From the NCBI GenBank assembly GCA_000320545.1, contig ADNK01001701.1, positions 62,001 to 126,000 on the forward strand: a stretch of DNA of 64,000 nt. Direction: 5' to 3'. The notes under the pieces were generated by a model. The model saw only the letters and a program-made list of their open reading frames with translations, was not told the origin of the DNA and did no database searches. The position numbers and the translations under genes were made by a program. Of the stretch, positions 29,201 to 40,965 are shown in pieces. Origin of the DNA: Bigelowiella natans CCMP2755. Its lineage: Eukaryota > Protista > Cercozoa. The number at the start of each line of letters is the position of its first letter. Position 1 is the first letter of the stretch.

Positions 29201-29769
29201 CCTCTTCAGCACTCAGCTCACGAGGTGCAAATTCCAAAAACGTTCGTTCTTGACAGTCGACCAGGTGATCAACAAGCTCAGCTTCAGTTTTCCCACGGAT
29301 GTCAGCTTCTGAAAGTTTTCCTTCTCCTTCAATCCTGCTGGCAAGTGTTCTGACGTCTTCTGCTGCCATTTGCTCGAGAACGTTGCGTTTCCCAGGCTTC
29401 CTCGACGATTTTCTTCGCGGAGCAAGACTTTCGTTGATGGGTGTTTGCCTTTTCTTGCTCCTGGTGCATCGTTTCGTTGGGCAAATGCAAGCTGGCAAGT
29501 GGATTTCTCTGCGAGGTTCACCAAGTGGCGTTCGCTTGGGACCAAAACTGAGAAAAAAGTTGAGACGAAAATTTTCGAAACAAGCCGTTTTGAAGTGGTT
29601 CAATGGGCAATTTTTCTTCAGAAGTTCACTGACAAAACTTGTGTTTGGTTTGTTCAAGTGCTGCTCGAGCTCGTGGAAACAAGCTGGCAAGCACTTGATT
29701 TGAACAAGTGTTGTTTGTTCAAGTGTGTTTGCAAGTGTGTTTGTTTTCAAGCACTTGTGCCCAGCGCTG
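26260..29769 (-). mobile_element. Full-length hAT-superfamily DNA transposon (degenerate)
   Basis: Imperfect 18-bp TIRs: left TGGAGCTGGGCACAAATG, right (reverse complement) CAGCGCTGGGCACAAGTG. Perfect 8-bp TSD TTCCAGAC at 26252-26259 and 29770-29777. Subterminal repeat caagcacttgatttgaacaagtg near both ends; tgtttgcaa motifs. Confidence 0.93.
26833..29370 (-). pseudogene. hAT transposase, frameshifted and hypermutated
   Basis: BED finger (W..A..AVCNTC..LASHLTRTH), LTTDG, DNGS, CAARCLNL, DVPTRWNST, LDPR, and dimerisation domain WWRKHHKNFPSLAVVARHHLSTPATSVESERIFS. Spread over several frames; no Tyr codons. Confidence 0.9.
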
Positions 29770-31185
29770 TTCCAGACTTGCCAGCTTGACCAAGCTGGCA
29801 AGTGACACGTTGCACGTCCATCACCCAGTTGAGCAGCTTTGCAATCGCACCTCCAGACCTCTGGACCTGGCGTGTCTGGCCAGCTGGGTGTCACTGCAGC
29901 GCTCCAGCGCTGCGCGAGTGCGTCGCAGTCCAGCAGTGACTGGCACGTGCACTGGCTGGGTGAGCTCAACGTGATGAGCTGCAGCGTTTGCCACTCCAGC
30001 ACTCTTGGCAAGCATGTTTGGATGAACGTGCGGCAACGTCAGTGTCGTGCAAGCACTTGGCACTTGCAAGTGATTTTTCAAAACGTTCGCGTTTGTTCAA
30101 ACCAAACCAAATCAAACGTGTTTGCAAACACTCTTGGAAACTCTTCAAGAAAGTCACAAAAATTGAGCTTTTTGATGCGTCCATGGCATGGCCAATTCTA
30201 GCAATTGCTGGAATTGTCACCGATGTTGCCAGCCAAGTTTGAGATCGCCTGAGTTTGCGCAGGGGCAGTTGACGCAGCCAGCGTTGCTGGGTTGGAGCGC
30301 GATGATGACCGCCGCTCACACATTGATTGGACGGTCCAGACCAGTGGACGATGGGTTTTGTGGATGTTGCATGCTCTGGTGCTCAAACCTTTCTGGTCTG
30401 GTGGTCAGCACACAAAAGCAGCTGCCATGTTGCCCATTGGAACCCATTCCAGTGGGACAAGTGCACGTGTCTAGATGTGCATGACCAATGACGACTTCAC
30501 GTTGCGGAGGGATGGGGTGTTGGATTCGCTGCCATTTCCAGATTTGTTTGCACAGCCTGCAGTGCAACTCGGTAGCTTGTGTGTGATTTTCAGATGTGCA
30601 CCCTCTCATCAATGAATCAACGTGCTGAGCTCAGAGCATGCATTGTTTTCCTCGGGCATCGTGTCACAGGAACTCCATGTGCTGGATGTAATCATCTTTG
30701 ACATTTGTGATGTTCGTGTGAGTAACTGGGCGACGAGTTGCAATGTTCATATTTGAATGAATAATTTCTAGTCCTAACTCTTTGATAATCCGTGACACTT
30801 CGTTTAAGGCTACTAAAAACATGATAACAATAAAATAATGCATTGCAATAATGCTTCTATTATGTAAGTCAATTATCTAATCTCATTTCTGAGTTTTATT
30901 TCAGCGTGATGAAGCACTGTCGAAGTAATCAAGATGATGCTTCATAATTTCTTCATCGTTCTAATAAAGAGAAATGGGTTTTTATTAGAAGTACGTTCAT
31001 TCACCAAGCAAGTTACAAGGATATCGTAATTTGAGCAAATGTGGAAATGAAGTGAAAACGAATTAAATTGCTTGATGTATGCATGTACCATCTCATCCCT
31101 TGAAGGAAATTTATCATCATTGAATAACCCACTGCTTGGTTCCTGACGAAAATATCTTACTTTTAAGAAACCCTGTTTCATGAAA

Positions 31186-32680
31186 TCATATTTGTCCAAC
31201 CTTAAAGCTAATAGGAGGCGATATTTTTACAGGATCAAGGACTGAAAGTGGGTTCTTGATTTCTGCCATCGAATTCTTGCTCTCAGTGGCGAAGAGTATT
31301 GGATCGTGTTGTGAAATCATTTTGTCTCCTCTACTTCGGAATGCCTTTCTGTGTAGTTCCGGTTCACTGAAAGTGCAGAAACGTTTTTTTTCCAGTTTTC
31401 ACTCAATTTAGAAATTTATATTTATAGATTATGGATTACTAGCCATGTTAAAACCTTTTTGTGACGTCATCATTTGAATCATCGTCAAAGATTTCAGAGA
31501 ATTCCTAGCACGAATAAGTTTTACTTCTTAACAATGCAAAATGCAATGTGAGTCTATCTTCCTTACCGGTTTGAAGAACACATTTGGAAGACTTTGAGAA
31601 CGGAGACGTCGATGATGTTGATTTTGTGGGCGAAATCTGCGACGTCGCTCATGAAATCTCTCTATTTTCTGAAAATATTTTTATGCTTTCTCTTCATCTA
31701 TTTTTTTTCTACAAAAACTTTTAATTGTTACTTGGTTTTGTGAGGCACGCCCTTTCAATTTGACACGCATTCTTGGCTGCTGAGGCGACAATTCTCTAAT
31801 TTCTCTCAGACGTCGTCGCTCAAAAACGCCTCTTGCATTCTGGCGATGATGCCGAGAACTATTATGTTGGCGATGTCTTGCATGCGAACGAGGCCGGCTT
31901 GTAGATGTCTCATTTTGGAGTTTATTCAACTAAGCAAGTATGTTTTCAGCAGGGGTAAGTTTATTAATGTGAACTGTGACCAACTTCTATAGCAAGTGAT
32001 CTGTTGCGCTGGACAAGCAAAATGTGGGTCTGCATCAGGTGATGGAGCATTGTGATCGTCTCTCCAAGAATTGCAGTTTTTTCCATCCTGTTGAGATAGT
32101 TGAGATACTGTATCATGTATCATTTTTCAACTATAACAGAAAAACTAGTAACACACCTCCTACTCGAATTTGGTTTCAGGAAGGAAACAAGAGTACTATA
32201 CTAAAAGAAAATACATCTTAAGTGGATCTGCATGAATCAAATGTACATGAAGAATGTGTTGACATAATTTAGAAACAATCACATGTTGATTAAGAATATT
32301 TCGCCGTTCCTTCTCCCTAGCCTTCTTCCGAGTTCTAGGGGATCCCTATGCAAGATTAGAGGCAAACACACATCATCCATGATGAGGAAGTATAGCGTAT
32401 TCTAGAACCTGCCGTGAGTCGTTATTTGTCATCATTACAGAGTTAGGGGCGGGAATGGTAGTTATGATTTCATTGAAAATTCAAGCATTTTCATGGTCGA
32501 AGGGTTTAAAACGCAGTGCATATTCTACTACTTCATTCCATAAATAGCACTTCTTCAGCTTTGTTTGGTAAGTTAAGTTTACTGCTCCTTTTGTGCATGT
32601 TTGGTTTTGTTGAGGTTTGCAGATATTTGTTTGTTTCTAGTGGCGATTCCAACGACGGTTGGGTTAGAATCGCAGGACAT
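31186..32680 (-). CDS. Hypothetical Arg/Ser-rich protein with short introns
   Basis: In-frame spliced chain ...GRASQNQ|RFHERRRRFRPQNQHHRRLRSQSLPNVFFKP|EFSEIFDDDSNDDVTKS|EPELHRK...|VGQI*. The 5' end is uncertain. Confidence 0.45.
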
Positions 32681-32735
32681 ATTTGCAGTGCGTCATGAAT
32701 AAATAAGCACAAAGACCCTCGCTTAGAACTTAGAA

Positions 32736-35700
32736 ATGGACGAGGAAAATGGGGGTAGAGACCAGAGCTCTCAAGGAACCAATCGTAACGTTTCTGTAAA
32801 TATTGAGCCTGGATCCCACCTCGGGGTATTAAAGAAGTTCTACTATATTCGTAAAAGAAAATATAATATTATTGAATACAGTCACAGAGCACTATTATGA
32901 GCTTCCCGGCAACAGTAACCCCGCGAGGTACCATGAAAAGTTTGCTGGAACGGTACGTTAACACATCAAATGAATCGATAAATGCTGAATGGTTGTGTTC
33001 ATTTTGACTGAAGACCGAGAACAGGCGCACCTGAGAAGTAAACATCAAAGATAATACAAAATGCTATGCATCAACCATGAATCATGAATCGAACAGATCA
33101 CTGCTATCGCCCAGACATATTTCAGGGGATGGCTTCAGGCAGAGCGTATAATGTTTTTCTATGTTTATCATCAAGATTATGAACAAAATTGATTTCCCTA
33201 GACGTGGTCTGCGTCTGATTCTCCGCGGGCAATACTTCAAAATGACGATCCTAATCAAAAGGTTCATCGGTTTACATATGTGTGCTCATTGAGTAACATT
33301 TTTTTTATTAGGGATCACATCGTTCCAGACGCAGCGTAGGTTCAGGTGTTTATCATCTTGGTCAGTTATTGCCCCATGTATTCATTACTTTATCCTTTTC
33401 AATTAATCCCTAAGTCGGAAATGACATTCCCAGACCTGTATCTGTGTTGAAGGTTATTTAATCGATGTATTGGATACCTTCTATTCCAAGTTTGAAATTG
33501 ATTTCAATAAAAGGGTGAGGTGAAAGGTCGTTTTGGAAGCACAGAATACGAAATTGTAAATCCAAAAGCCGCTCGTGTTGGGAATCTTTTCCAGGTGCGT
33601 AGAAACCACTCAATGATTGCAAAGTTAGAAAATATATATTTTAAACATAGAATTAGCTATTCTCTAAATCCACATTTTTACCTGCGCTGGTTTCAGTTAA
33701 AGGATAAAGAAGGAAACTTATATGCAGCAAAACCATGTGACAAGATTGCCCAGAAGCAATTCAAGCGAGAAGCAATGCAGTAATTTGAGTTCAGCTTAGT
33801 ATTCATTATTTTACTAAACTCTGATCTTATTACTCTTTTTCCAGATACTTCCATATGGATCCTCATCAAAATGTATTGACTATCACTGATATCGCCCATG
33901 TTCTACATGAGCAACAGGTTCATTTGGTTTTCAAATTTATGACGAAGTTATGCTGACACTGGGACCGGCCATTAGGATATCAAGCTTCTGGTTGTGCCTT
34001 GGGCTACAATCGGAAATCTTCAGGTCGATTTCTTCGAAAGAAAACAAGTTTCTACTCTGAAAATTGATTTTGCATTTAGGCTTGCATGTCACTTTGCGTC
34101 ATATCGCTAAGTCTTCGCATTGATCTTTGCAGACAGATCGGAAAGGGTAATGGACCATTTACCTATTGTTCACTCATATTCTCATATTATTACACAATCT
34201 GCAAATAAAGGCCTTCAGCATCTGCATCACTTGAATCCTCCAATGATCCATCAGGTTCAGCGGCATTATTTCAACTGATTTTCCATGAAGTCTTCCTTTA
34301 CTTTTATTATCAGAATCTCAAACCTCAAAACGTCCTAATGTTTATAGAAGAGGATAAGCTTGTTGCAAAGGTAAAAAAATGGGTAATCGTAATAAAATAT
34401 AACCTCATTACACACTACTGTACAGATTACAGACTTTGGAATTATGGCTAGCGGGTATCTAAATTTAAATTCTTTCATTTATTTTAAATATTTGATATTT
34501 GTTTTCATTTACAGTGTGAGTAGTATCAAATTGGTCTCGCCTCCAGGTTGAATAATCATGTTCCTATCTTGCAAAAATGATTGGGATTGAAATCTAGGTA
34601 GCATTGCGGATGACAAGGAGTTTGAATCAAAATTGTCGTCTTCGCGACGGTATATTTCTGCTTACATAATTTTCCCAAAAAGTCCCAATTTAGTTGTTTT
34701 GCTAAAATTCCGGGGAGTAGGGGGAGTTCTGGAAGCCGGCATAGGTCTCTCAGTCGCTCGAAGCATGGAAAACCAAACCGAACTTCAAGGAAACCATCTG
34801 TTCCACCATTAACATCACCCAGGTAACTCAGAAAATAGATTGACACCCAGGTAACTGAGAAAAAAGATCGTATATGTCTAATCTTTTTACGTGACTCAGT
34901 ACAAGTAAATCCCGCGGCAAACAAACCAGGACTTCTAGAAAGGTTGCAGCATACGAACAATAAAGCCTTATTATTACACATAAGATCAGCATATACTTAA
35001 AGGCCAAGAACTCTCCAAGAGGATACAATCTGAGGACGCCTAGGAACACCGAGCATGAAGATTCAAACTATTGGGTAAGTGAAGTTTCCATTTTTATTAA
35101 CATATTTGATTTTTGGCTTCTCTGTACATTTTGCTTAAGGCCTCCCCTGAACAAAGGCCAGGCAACACCAGTTTGAATAATTTTGTTTTGAACTAAAAGC
35201 TCGAAAAAATAATCCTCTGTGGTTTGTGACAGACAAAATATCTGTGAAGAGTGATGTATTTTCATTGGGTTTACTCTGTATCTACATTCTGGGAAAGGGG
35301 GTATACATACATTCTATACAGATTTCATTATCATCGATGACCAGTATGCTTAATCACAGGAGGAAATACCGAACTTTGCACAGGTTAAAATCAACGTAAA
35401 ATTTAAAACCAGTTTTAAATTTTACGTTGGTTTTTTCATAAAGGGTTTCTTTACTCTGAACTATCATGCTCCTGGAATGTTGAAGAAAGTTAAGGAGTGT
35501 CTAGAACCATATGGGTAAAATTTATACGATGAATAGAATTTAATTGATCAGAAAATGTTTTTTTAAAGGTATAAAACCAGGCGCAAAGTTCAAATACTCG
35601 CAAAGTATTTATTCCGATAGGGGAGAAATACTGTTGTGTGTGTGCAATAAAAGTATGTTTCGTATTCGGAGATATGATCATCACTGTAGTCATTGATCAG

Positions 35701-38700
35701 GGTTCTCACTTCTTGCTGCGGAAAGTTTTCCTTCTCTCGGCCTGGAGTAAAAGATCTTTTGAAGGTGTGTCTTGGATGGAGAAATTTATTCTAGCAGATA
35801 ATTATTTTCATGACAATAAAGGCTCTTCAAGAAGCCAGGGGAACTAAAAAAGGTCAATTCTAAGAATGAAGCTAAGGGATCAAGCTCTGATATTTGTTCA
35901 AATATTTTGATATTTTGATAGGAAAGTTGACATTTAAATTTCATAGTTTGCCAAGACCAACAACAGCTGAAGACTCAAAGGTCCACTTGACTAGAAAATT
36001 TCGAAGTTAGTATCCAGATTACTTTCCAGAGCCAACACACTAAACTACATAGGATACTTATCGTCAACGACAAAAGAAGTTGAAAGATAGCGAGAAGCAA
36101 ATGAGGTGTGGTGAAACAAGTTCAAAGTTCATTCAGTATCTATCTAAACTGAATTTATTTTGTAACACTGAATATTTTGTAACAAGATTTACTCAATTTC
36201 TGGACTCAATGTTCAACAATCAAAAAGTTTCGATAGCATACAAATTCTATTCGAAGGTATCAAAATACTGTGATTACTTATCAAGAAGAATAAAGGCAGT
36301 GAAACATGCTAACACAATCAGGACGCAGAGAAAGGAGATGCCAAGGCGCAATATAATCTGGGAAATTGCTACCTTAAAGTGATAGTATCAAATTGATGTA
36401 GTCTAAAAAATATGCTAAAGTTTTGAATGGCTGTTCCAGGGCATAGGTATGGAGAAAAATGATCAGCTAGCTGTAAAGTGGTACACTGCGAGTGCAGTGC
36501 AGGTACATATTTCATTCAATTATTCTGACATTATGTGCTTGTATCGACCTTCGAACTAAGAATGTTCTAAAAGGGAAATGGCGAGGCTCAAAACAACTTG
36601 GGATTATGTTATGAAAAAGGTAACATCATTCGAAAACGTAATTTTTATTAAAGCTATAAACATCAAAGGTTATGGAGTTGAGAAAAATGCAGATACAGCT
36701 TTCCAATGGTGAGAGAGACTAATATTACAAATAAGAAATAAAATTAAATTGGATTAAATCTAAGAAGGATTTTCTCCACAGGTACGCAAAGAGTGCCGAA
36801 GGAAATTGTGCTCTTGGTACTAATTTAGAACTAAGTCCCGAGAGCCTTAACTATATCCATGTTGTATGATGTTTATAGGGCAATTCAATCTTGGTTTGTG
36901 TTATGAATTCGGTAATTTTTGGTACTCTAAATTTCTATTGCACATCAGCACTCTATTTAATTCGGAACAAAACAGGTATTGGTACGAAGATTGAACTTTC
37001 CAAGGCAGCTACTTGCTACCGGTGGAATCCCTCATCTATTACCTTCCTCAATTTCTAATATTTGAAATATCACAGTCTAGCTTCTGAAAAGGGAAACCAT
37101 GAAGCAATGAACAATTTGGGTATCTAAAATATACAAAGAAATGGATGAGAATAAAATTGAATTTAATATTGAAACCTTTAGCTCTATGCTACGAACGTGG
37201 AATTGGAGTGGAGATTGATCTAAAAAAGGTTCAAATGAAATAAGACATATGGAATTGTACCTAATCTTGGAAACCATAGGCAATACAGTTGTTCATTAGC
37301 AGTGCTGAGAAAGGTTATAGTTATTTTTTGTTGTATAGGAATGAACTCGATACTATAGATATCAATTTTAGGACACGCTATGGCAGAGTTTAATGTAGCA
37401 TTGTGCTACCAGAAAGTAGGAACATTGGTTTATAAGCTTAAAAAGGATACTATCTTTTTCATTCAGTCGTGATAGGGCACTTCCGCGATTTTTAATAAAA
37501 AAATAAATGTTAGGGAAACGGCGTCGAAGAGAATTTTGCCATCGCAATTGAATGGTTTGAACTAAAGGAAGCAATATCAAAGATGTGAAGTAACATTGTG
37601 TGCCTAGGTATAACAGAGCTGCAGAGCATGGATTTGAGCAAGCCCAAGTACTTTTTTTGAGAGTTTAATAATTATGATGATGATTGAGTTTCTAATTAGT
37701 GCAATCTTGGTGTCTTTTACCAGCAAGGAATTGGTAGTTACGTTTCATTTTAGTAGAGAATGTGTTTATCCAAGTATTGTATATAGGAGTTGCAAAGGAC
37801 GAAATGAGGGCATGTAAATGGTCATTACATATTGCAAATCGATTCTTTGCATCTTTTTGAATGTATGTTTAATAATATGCAGGTACATCACCGCTGCTGC
37901 TCAGGTTGGTACGTTCGATTTTTGCGAGTTACGATATCATATGATGTTTCACTTGAAGGGATATGCTGAGGCACAAAACAATCTCGCTATATGCTACGAG
38001 CATGGTTTTGGACTTTGTTGTTTTATCATGAGTTTTAGCCTAAATTTTGTGTCATTTGTACTTGGGAAGGTATTGGCGTTCCAGCTGATCAGAGATTGGC
38101 AATCCAATGGTACACCGAAGCATCTCTTCAGGTCATGGATGAGACGCAATGTATACACAGCCATATGATCTTCATCCTTTATATTTGGTCTTCAAGGGTC
38201 ATGCAGAAGCTCAATTCAATCTTGCCAACTGCTATTTGAGGGTCATAATGAAGATAATGCTATGAAGTTTTTCTACTGAAAATGATGCATTGCTAGGGTG
38301 TTGGTGTGGAACCAAATGCACATACTGCTTTCCAATGGTAAGATCACCATTATATGTCATATGTTCTGGGCGTTATCAGTCAATTCGCCATTAGGTTCCA
38401 AGAAAGTGCCGGCCAGGGAGATCATGCTGATGCACAATTCCAACTTTCTCTCTGCTACCATGATGGTGAATTGTATTCCAACCATTTTAGCATCGTGCTG
38501 ATAATGCTTTTTAGGCATCGGAATGCAAGCAAATGAAGAGAGTGCCATCATGTGGTGCCTACGGTAATACATTTGATATTTTAGCTTTGAGTCTATCGCA
38601 GGATATAATTTTGTCATCATTTTTTAATAGAGCCGCACAGAATAATTGCCCAGAGGTGGAAATAAGTTACGTACATGAAGAAACAAGGAGTTATTTTTAA

Positions 38701-39020
38701 TCGCATACCATAGGCACAGTATCAAGCCGCATTATTTTATCATCTTGGTCACTTAGTGACTCCAGATGAAGAAAAGGTGGGTACGTATTTTCAGTAATTA
38801 CACTTGAGCCAGATCAATTGTTAGAGCAACGAAAATCTGAGGCTACTAATCAAAACGAAAATAGGTTGCTAAGTTTTTCCTCGCTGCAGCAGAAGGAGGC
38901 CACGAAGAATCTATGGTAAACGTCGGAATTTGTTTCAAAAATGGAATTGGTGTCAATCAGGACGAGAAAGAGGCAGAAAAATGGTTCTCTGCAGCAGAAG
39001 CTCATCAAGAAAGTTCCTAA
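32736..39020 (+). CDS. Protein kinase-like (probable pseudokinase) plus 11 Sel1-like repeats, very intron-rich
   Basis: Kinase motifs YAAK, HQNVL, GLQHLHHLNPPMIHQ|NLKPQNVL, KITDFG. Sel1 repeats such as AQYNLGNCYLKGIG and AQNNLAICYEHGIGVPAD reconstructed across GT-AG introns. Stop TAA at 39020. Confidence 0.85.
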
Positions 39021-39199
39021 CTAACGTATACATCGAGCTTATTCTGCTCACGGTCTTATATGGCGGCACCCAGGGTCGTCAATGATGCACCTTACTCACA
39101 ATGCATAGCACAAATTTAAAGTTGAGAGGGCAAAGTGCAATAGAAAATGCTAGGTGTGTAAACAAATTGATTATATTGAAAACGTAAATCACTCTGTAT

Positions 39200-40060
39200 T
39201 GTGTGCTCATATCGAGACATTTGTTGCATTTGCTATGCTTGAGTTTGCACATTGTTCAAGTGTTTTATAGGCTGCCAGCGATGTGTTTGTGCGCAACCGC
39301 ATGTGTAACGGTGCATGGCGTACCACACTGCATCAGAAAGCTAGAAAGCTGCCTTTTCCTTAGACGTCCTTACTAGCTTATCTCATGCCCTCGCACCGGT
39401 GATTTCAATCATTTGCATTTAAATGTGTATCGTTTCGTTCGCATTTGGCATGAGATGCTGTCTAGCTGTACTAGTCTAGATCTGGCTGTGCTGCTGTAAT
39501 GCATGCGAATTCCCCCACATCTATCTGCTGCATGATGAAGCCTAGTTTCTGCACGCGTGCGATGCCTGTTGCTAGTGTTGAGCTGTGCAGATGTGAAAAC
39601 GCAAAAGTCACATGGCTAGATGGACTAGCTAGCTAGTGGAGGCAGGCTCTGCTAGTCTCTACTAGTTTAGATCTAGAGCTAGCTAGCTAGGGCCAGACTA
39701 CCACACTACCACAGTCTAAGCAGTAGCGCGCGCGCGCGGTCTAGCGCTAGTGCGGTGCGCTGAGTTGCTAGCTTGGCTGATCGGAACCGACGCGCTCTAC
39801 TAGTCTAGCACTGCACGACATTCTGCAAGTCTAGTGACTGTATGCTGAAAAATGAATAGAGTTGCATTGGGCGAGACTAGGGGACTAGGGGAGCAAGCTA
39901 GCAAGACGTGCAAGCAATTGCACGACAGCTTCGCATCTAGCTAGCTAGGCGATGCTAAGAATAGAAACAACTAGACAATCGCGGACTATGCATGTGACAT
40001 TAGCATTGGACATGTGTAACACACCTACAACGTGTTGGTCATAGTGCTGCATCAGGACCG
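39200..40060. other. TpA-reduced, strongly CTAG-enriched intergenic island 5
   Basis: More than 20 CTAG in about 550 bp (39460-39980), including ctagctagctag runs. Confidence 0.8.
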
Positions 40061-40366
40061 CATGATAAATTGGATTACTCCATTTGTTTCGACTCAGTCG
40101 GAAATTTTTTTACTAGAATTAGTTAGATATGTAGATGCTGTTCATTCACATGCAATATAAGCATGTTATAAAATGTTCGAATTTTGATTATTATGCATCT
40201 AACAGTATACATTAATTTAACTCTTTACGGGAGCGACATCAAGGCATTGAATCATTCCATTGACGAGAATCGAACACTATTTACTATTCACAATAGAAGA
40301 TTCCCTTGTTGGGAGGATGAATATAAAAGACCACCGCAGAGGATTTGCTCTTACGAATTTCTGAAA

Positions 40367-40600
40367 TTATTCATCCAAGAGTCTGACTTCTTTGCCGCTT
40401 GCCTTCGACCATTTCGCGAGTTTAGTGGTGACTGTTTTCTCATCCATTGTACCCTTTATCACCACTGATTTCTTGTCCAGATCGCAGATGACCTCTTTCA
40501 CACCTTCAATTTTCTTGGCTATCTTTGTGATCGCGTTAGAGCAACCTGAGCAGGACATTGCTGCAAAGTATTTAATCGTCGTCTCTTTGTTTTCCGCCAT
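40367..40600 (-). CDS. ATX1: Copper chaperone ATX1/ATOX1 (HMA domain), intronless
   Basis: 77 aa; MSCSGC metal site; C-terminal KASGK. Confidence 0.92.
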   Translation of the reverse strand: MAENKETTIKYFAAMSCSGCSNAITKIAKKIEGVKEVICDLDKKSVVIKGTMDEKTVTTKLAKWSKASGKEVRLLDE

Positions 40601-40965
40601 TTTGGGTCTGGGGAACTCTGAGAATATGGCTCCACAGTCGGATAAAACACTTCTATTTCACCTCTGAATTTGTACATACGACGTGTAATGAATCATGTCG
40701 TTACTCTAAAAAGGGACAGTCCTAGGAGATTAACTAACTTGATGTGCATTTTGGAATTCGTGATGTGCGACAATCAAAATACTACTTTTTATGATAGAAA
40801 TCCATGGGAATAATATTAGTTAATATTAGATCTAGCTCTTATTAACAGAAACATATCTTGAACACCTTCCGTTGAAGCAATATCATCCGCAGGATCGTTC
40901 ATAGTCGATTACGTTGAGGCCCTCCACATACTCAATCGGCATTGCAGTGCCTTACAAGGAGTATC

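Larger units (their letters stand above)
25772..30572. other. TpA-void domain (island 4) covering the hAT element and its flanks
   Basis: By manual scan every TA is in CTAG; only one TA (CTAG 26915-26918) between 26179 and 30197. Confidence 0.92.

Noticed and set aside
26833-29370. Alternative genetic code or a naturally Tyr-free protein
   Set aside because: TA is missing in all frames and in non-coding TIRs and flanks, and host genes use Tyr and TAA/TAG normally.
25772-30572. 5mC deamination or classical RIP as the cause of TG/CA excess
   Set aside because: CpG is plentiful and TpA is lost, the opposite of what these processes predict.
26300-30612. Pile-up of overlapping ORFs on both strands
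   Set aside because: Artefact of TpA loss removing TAA and TAG stops; only the minus-strand transposase fragments have recognisable motifs.
35474-35504. Possible 30-nt GA-AG intron that would restore the kinase APE motif
   Set aside because: Downstream exons cannot be resolved; needs transcript evidence.
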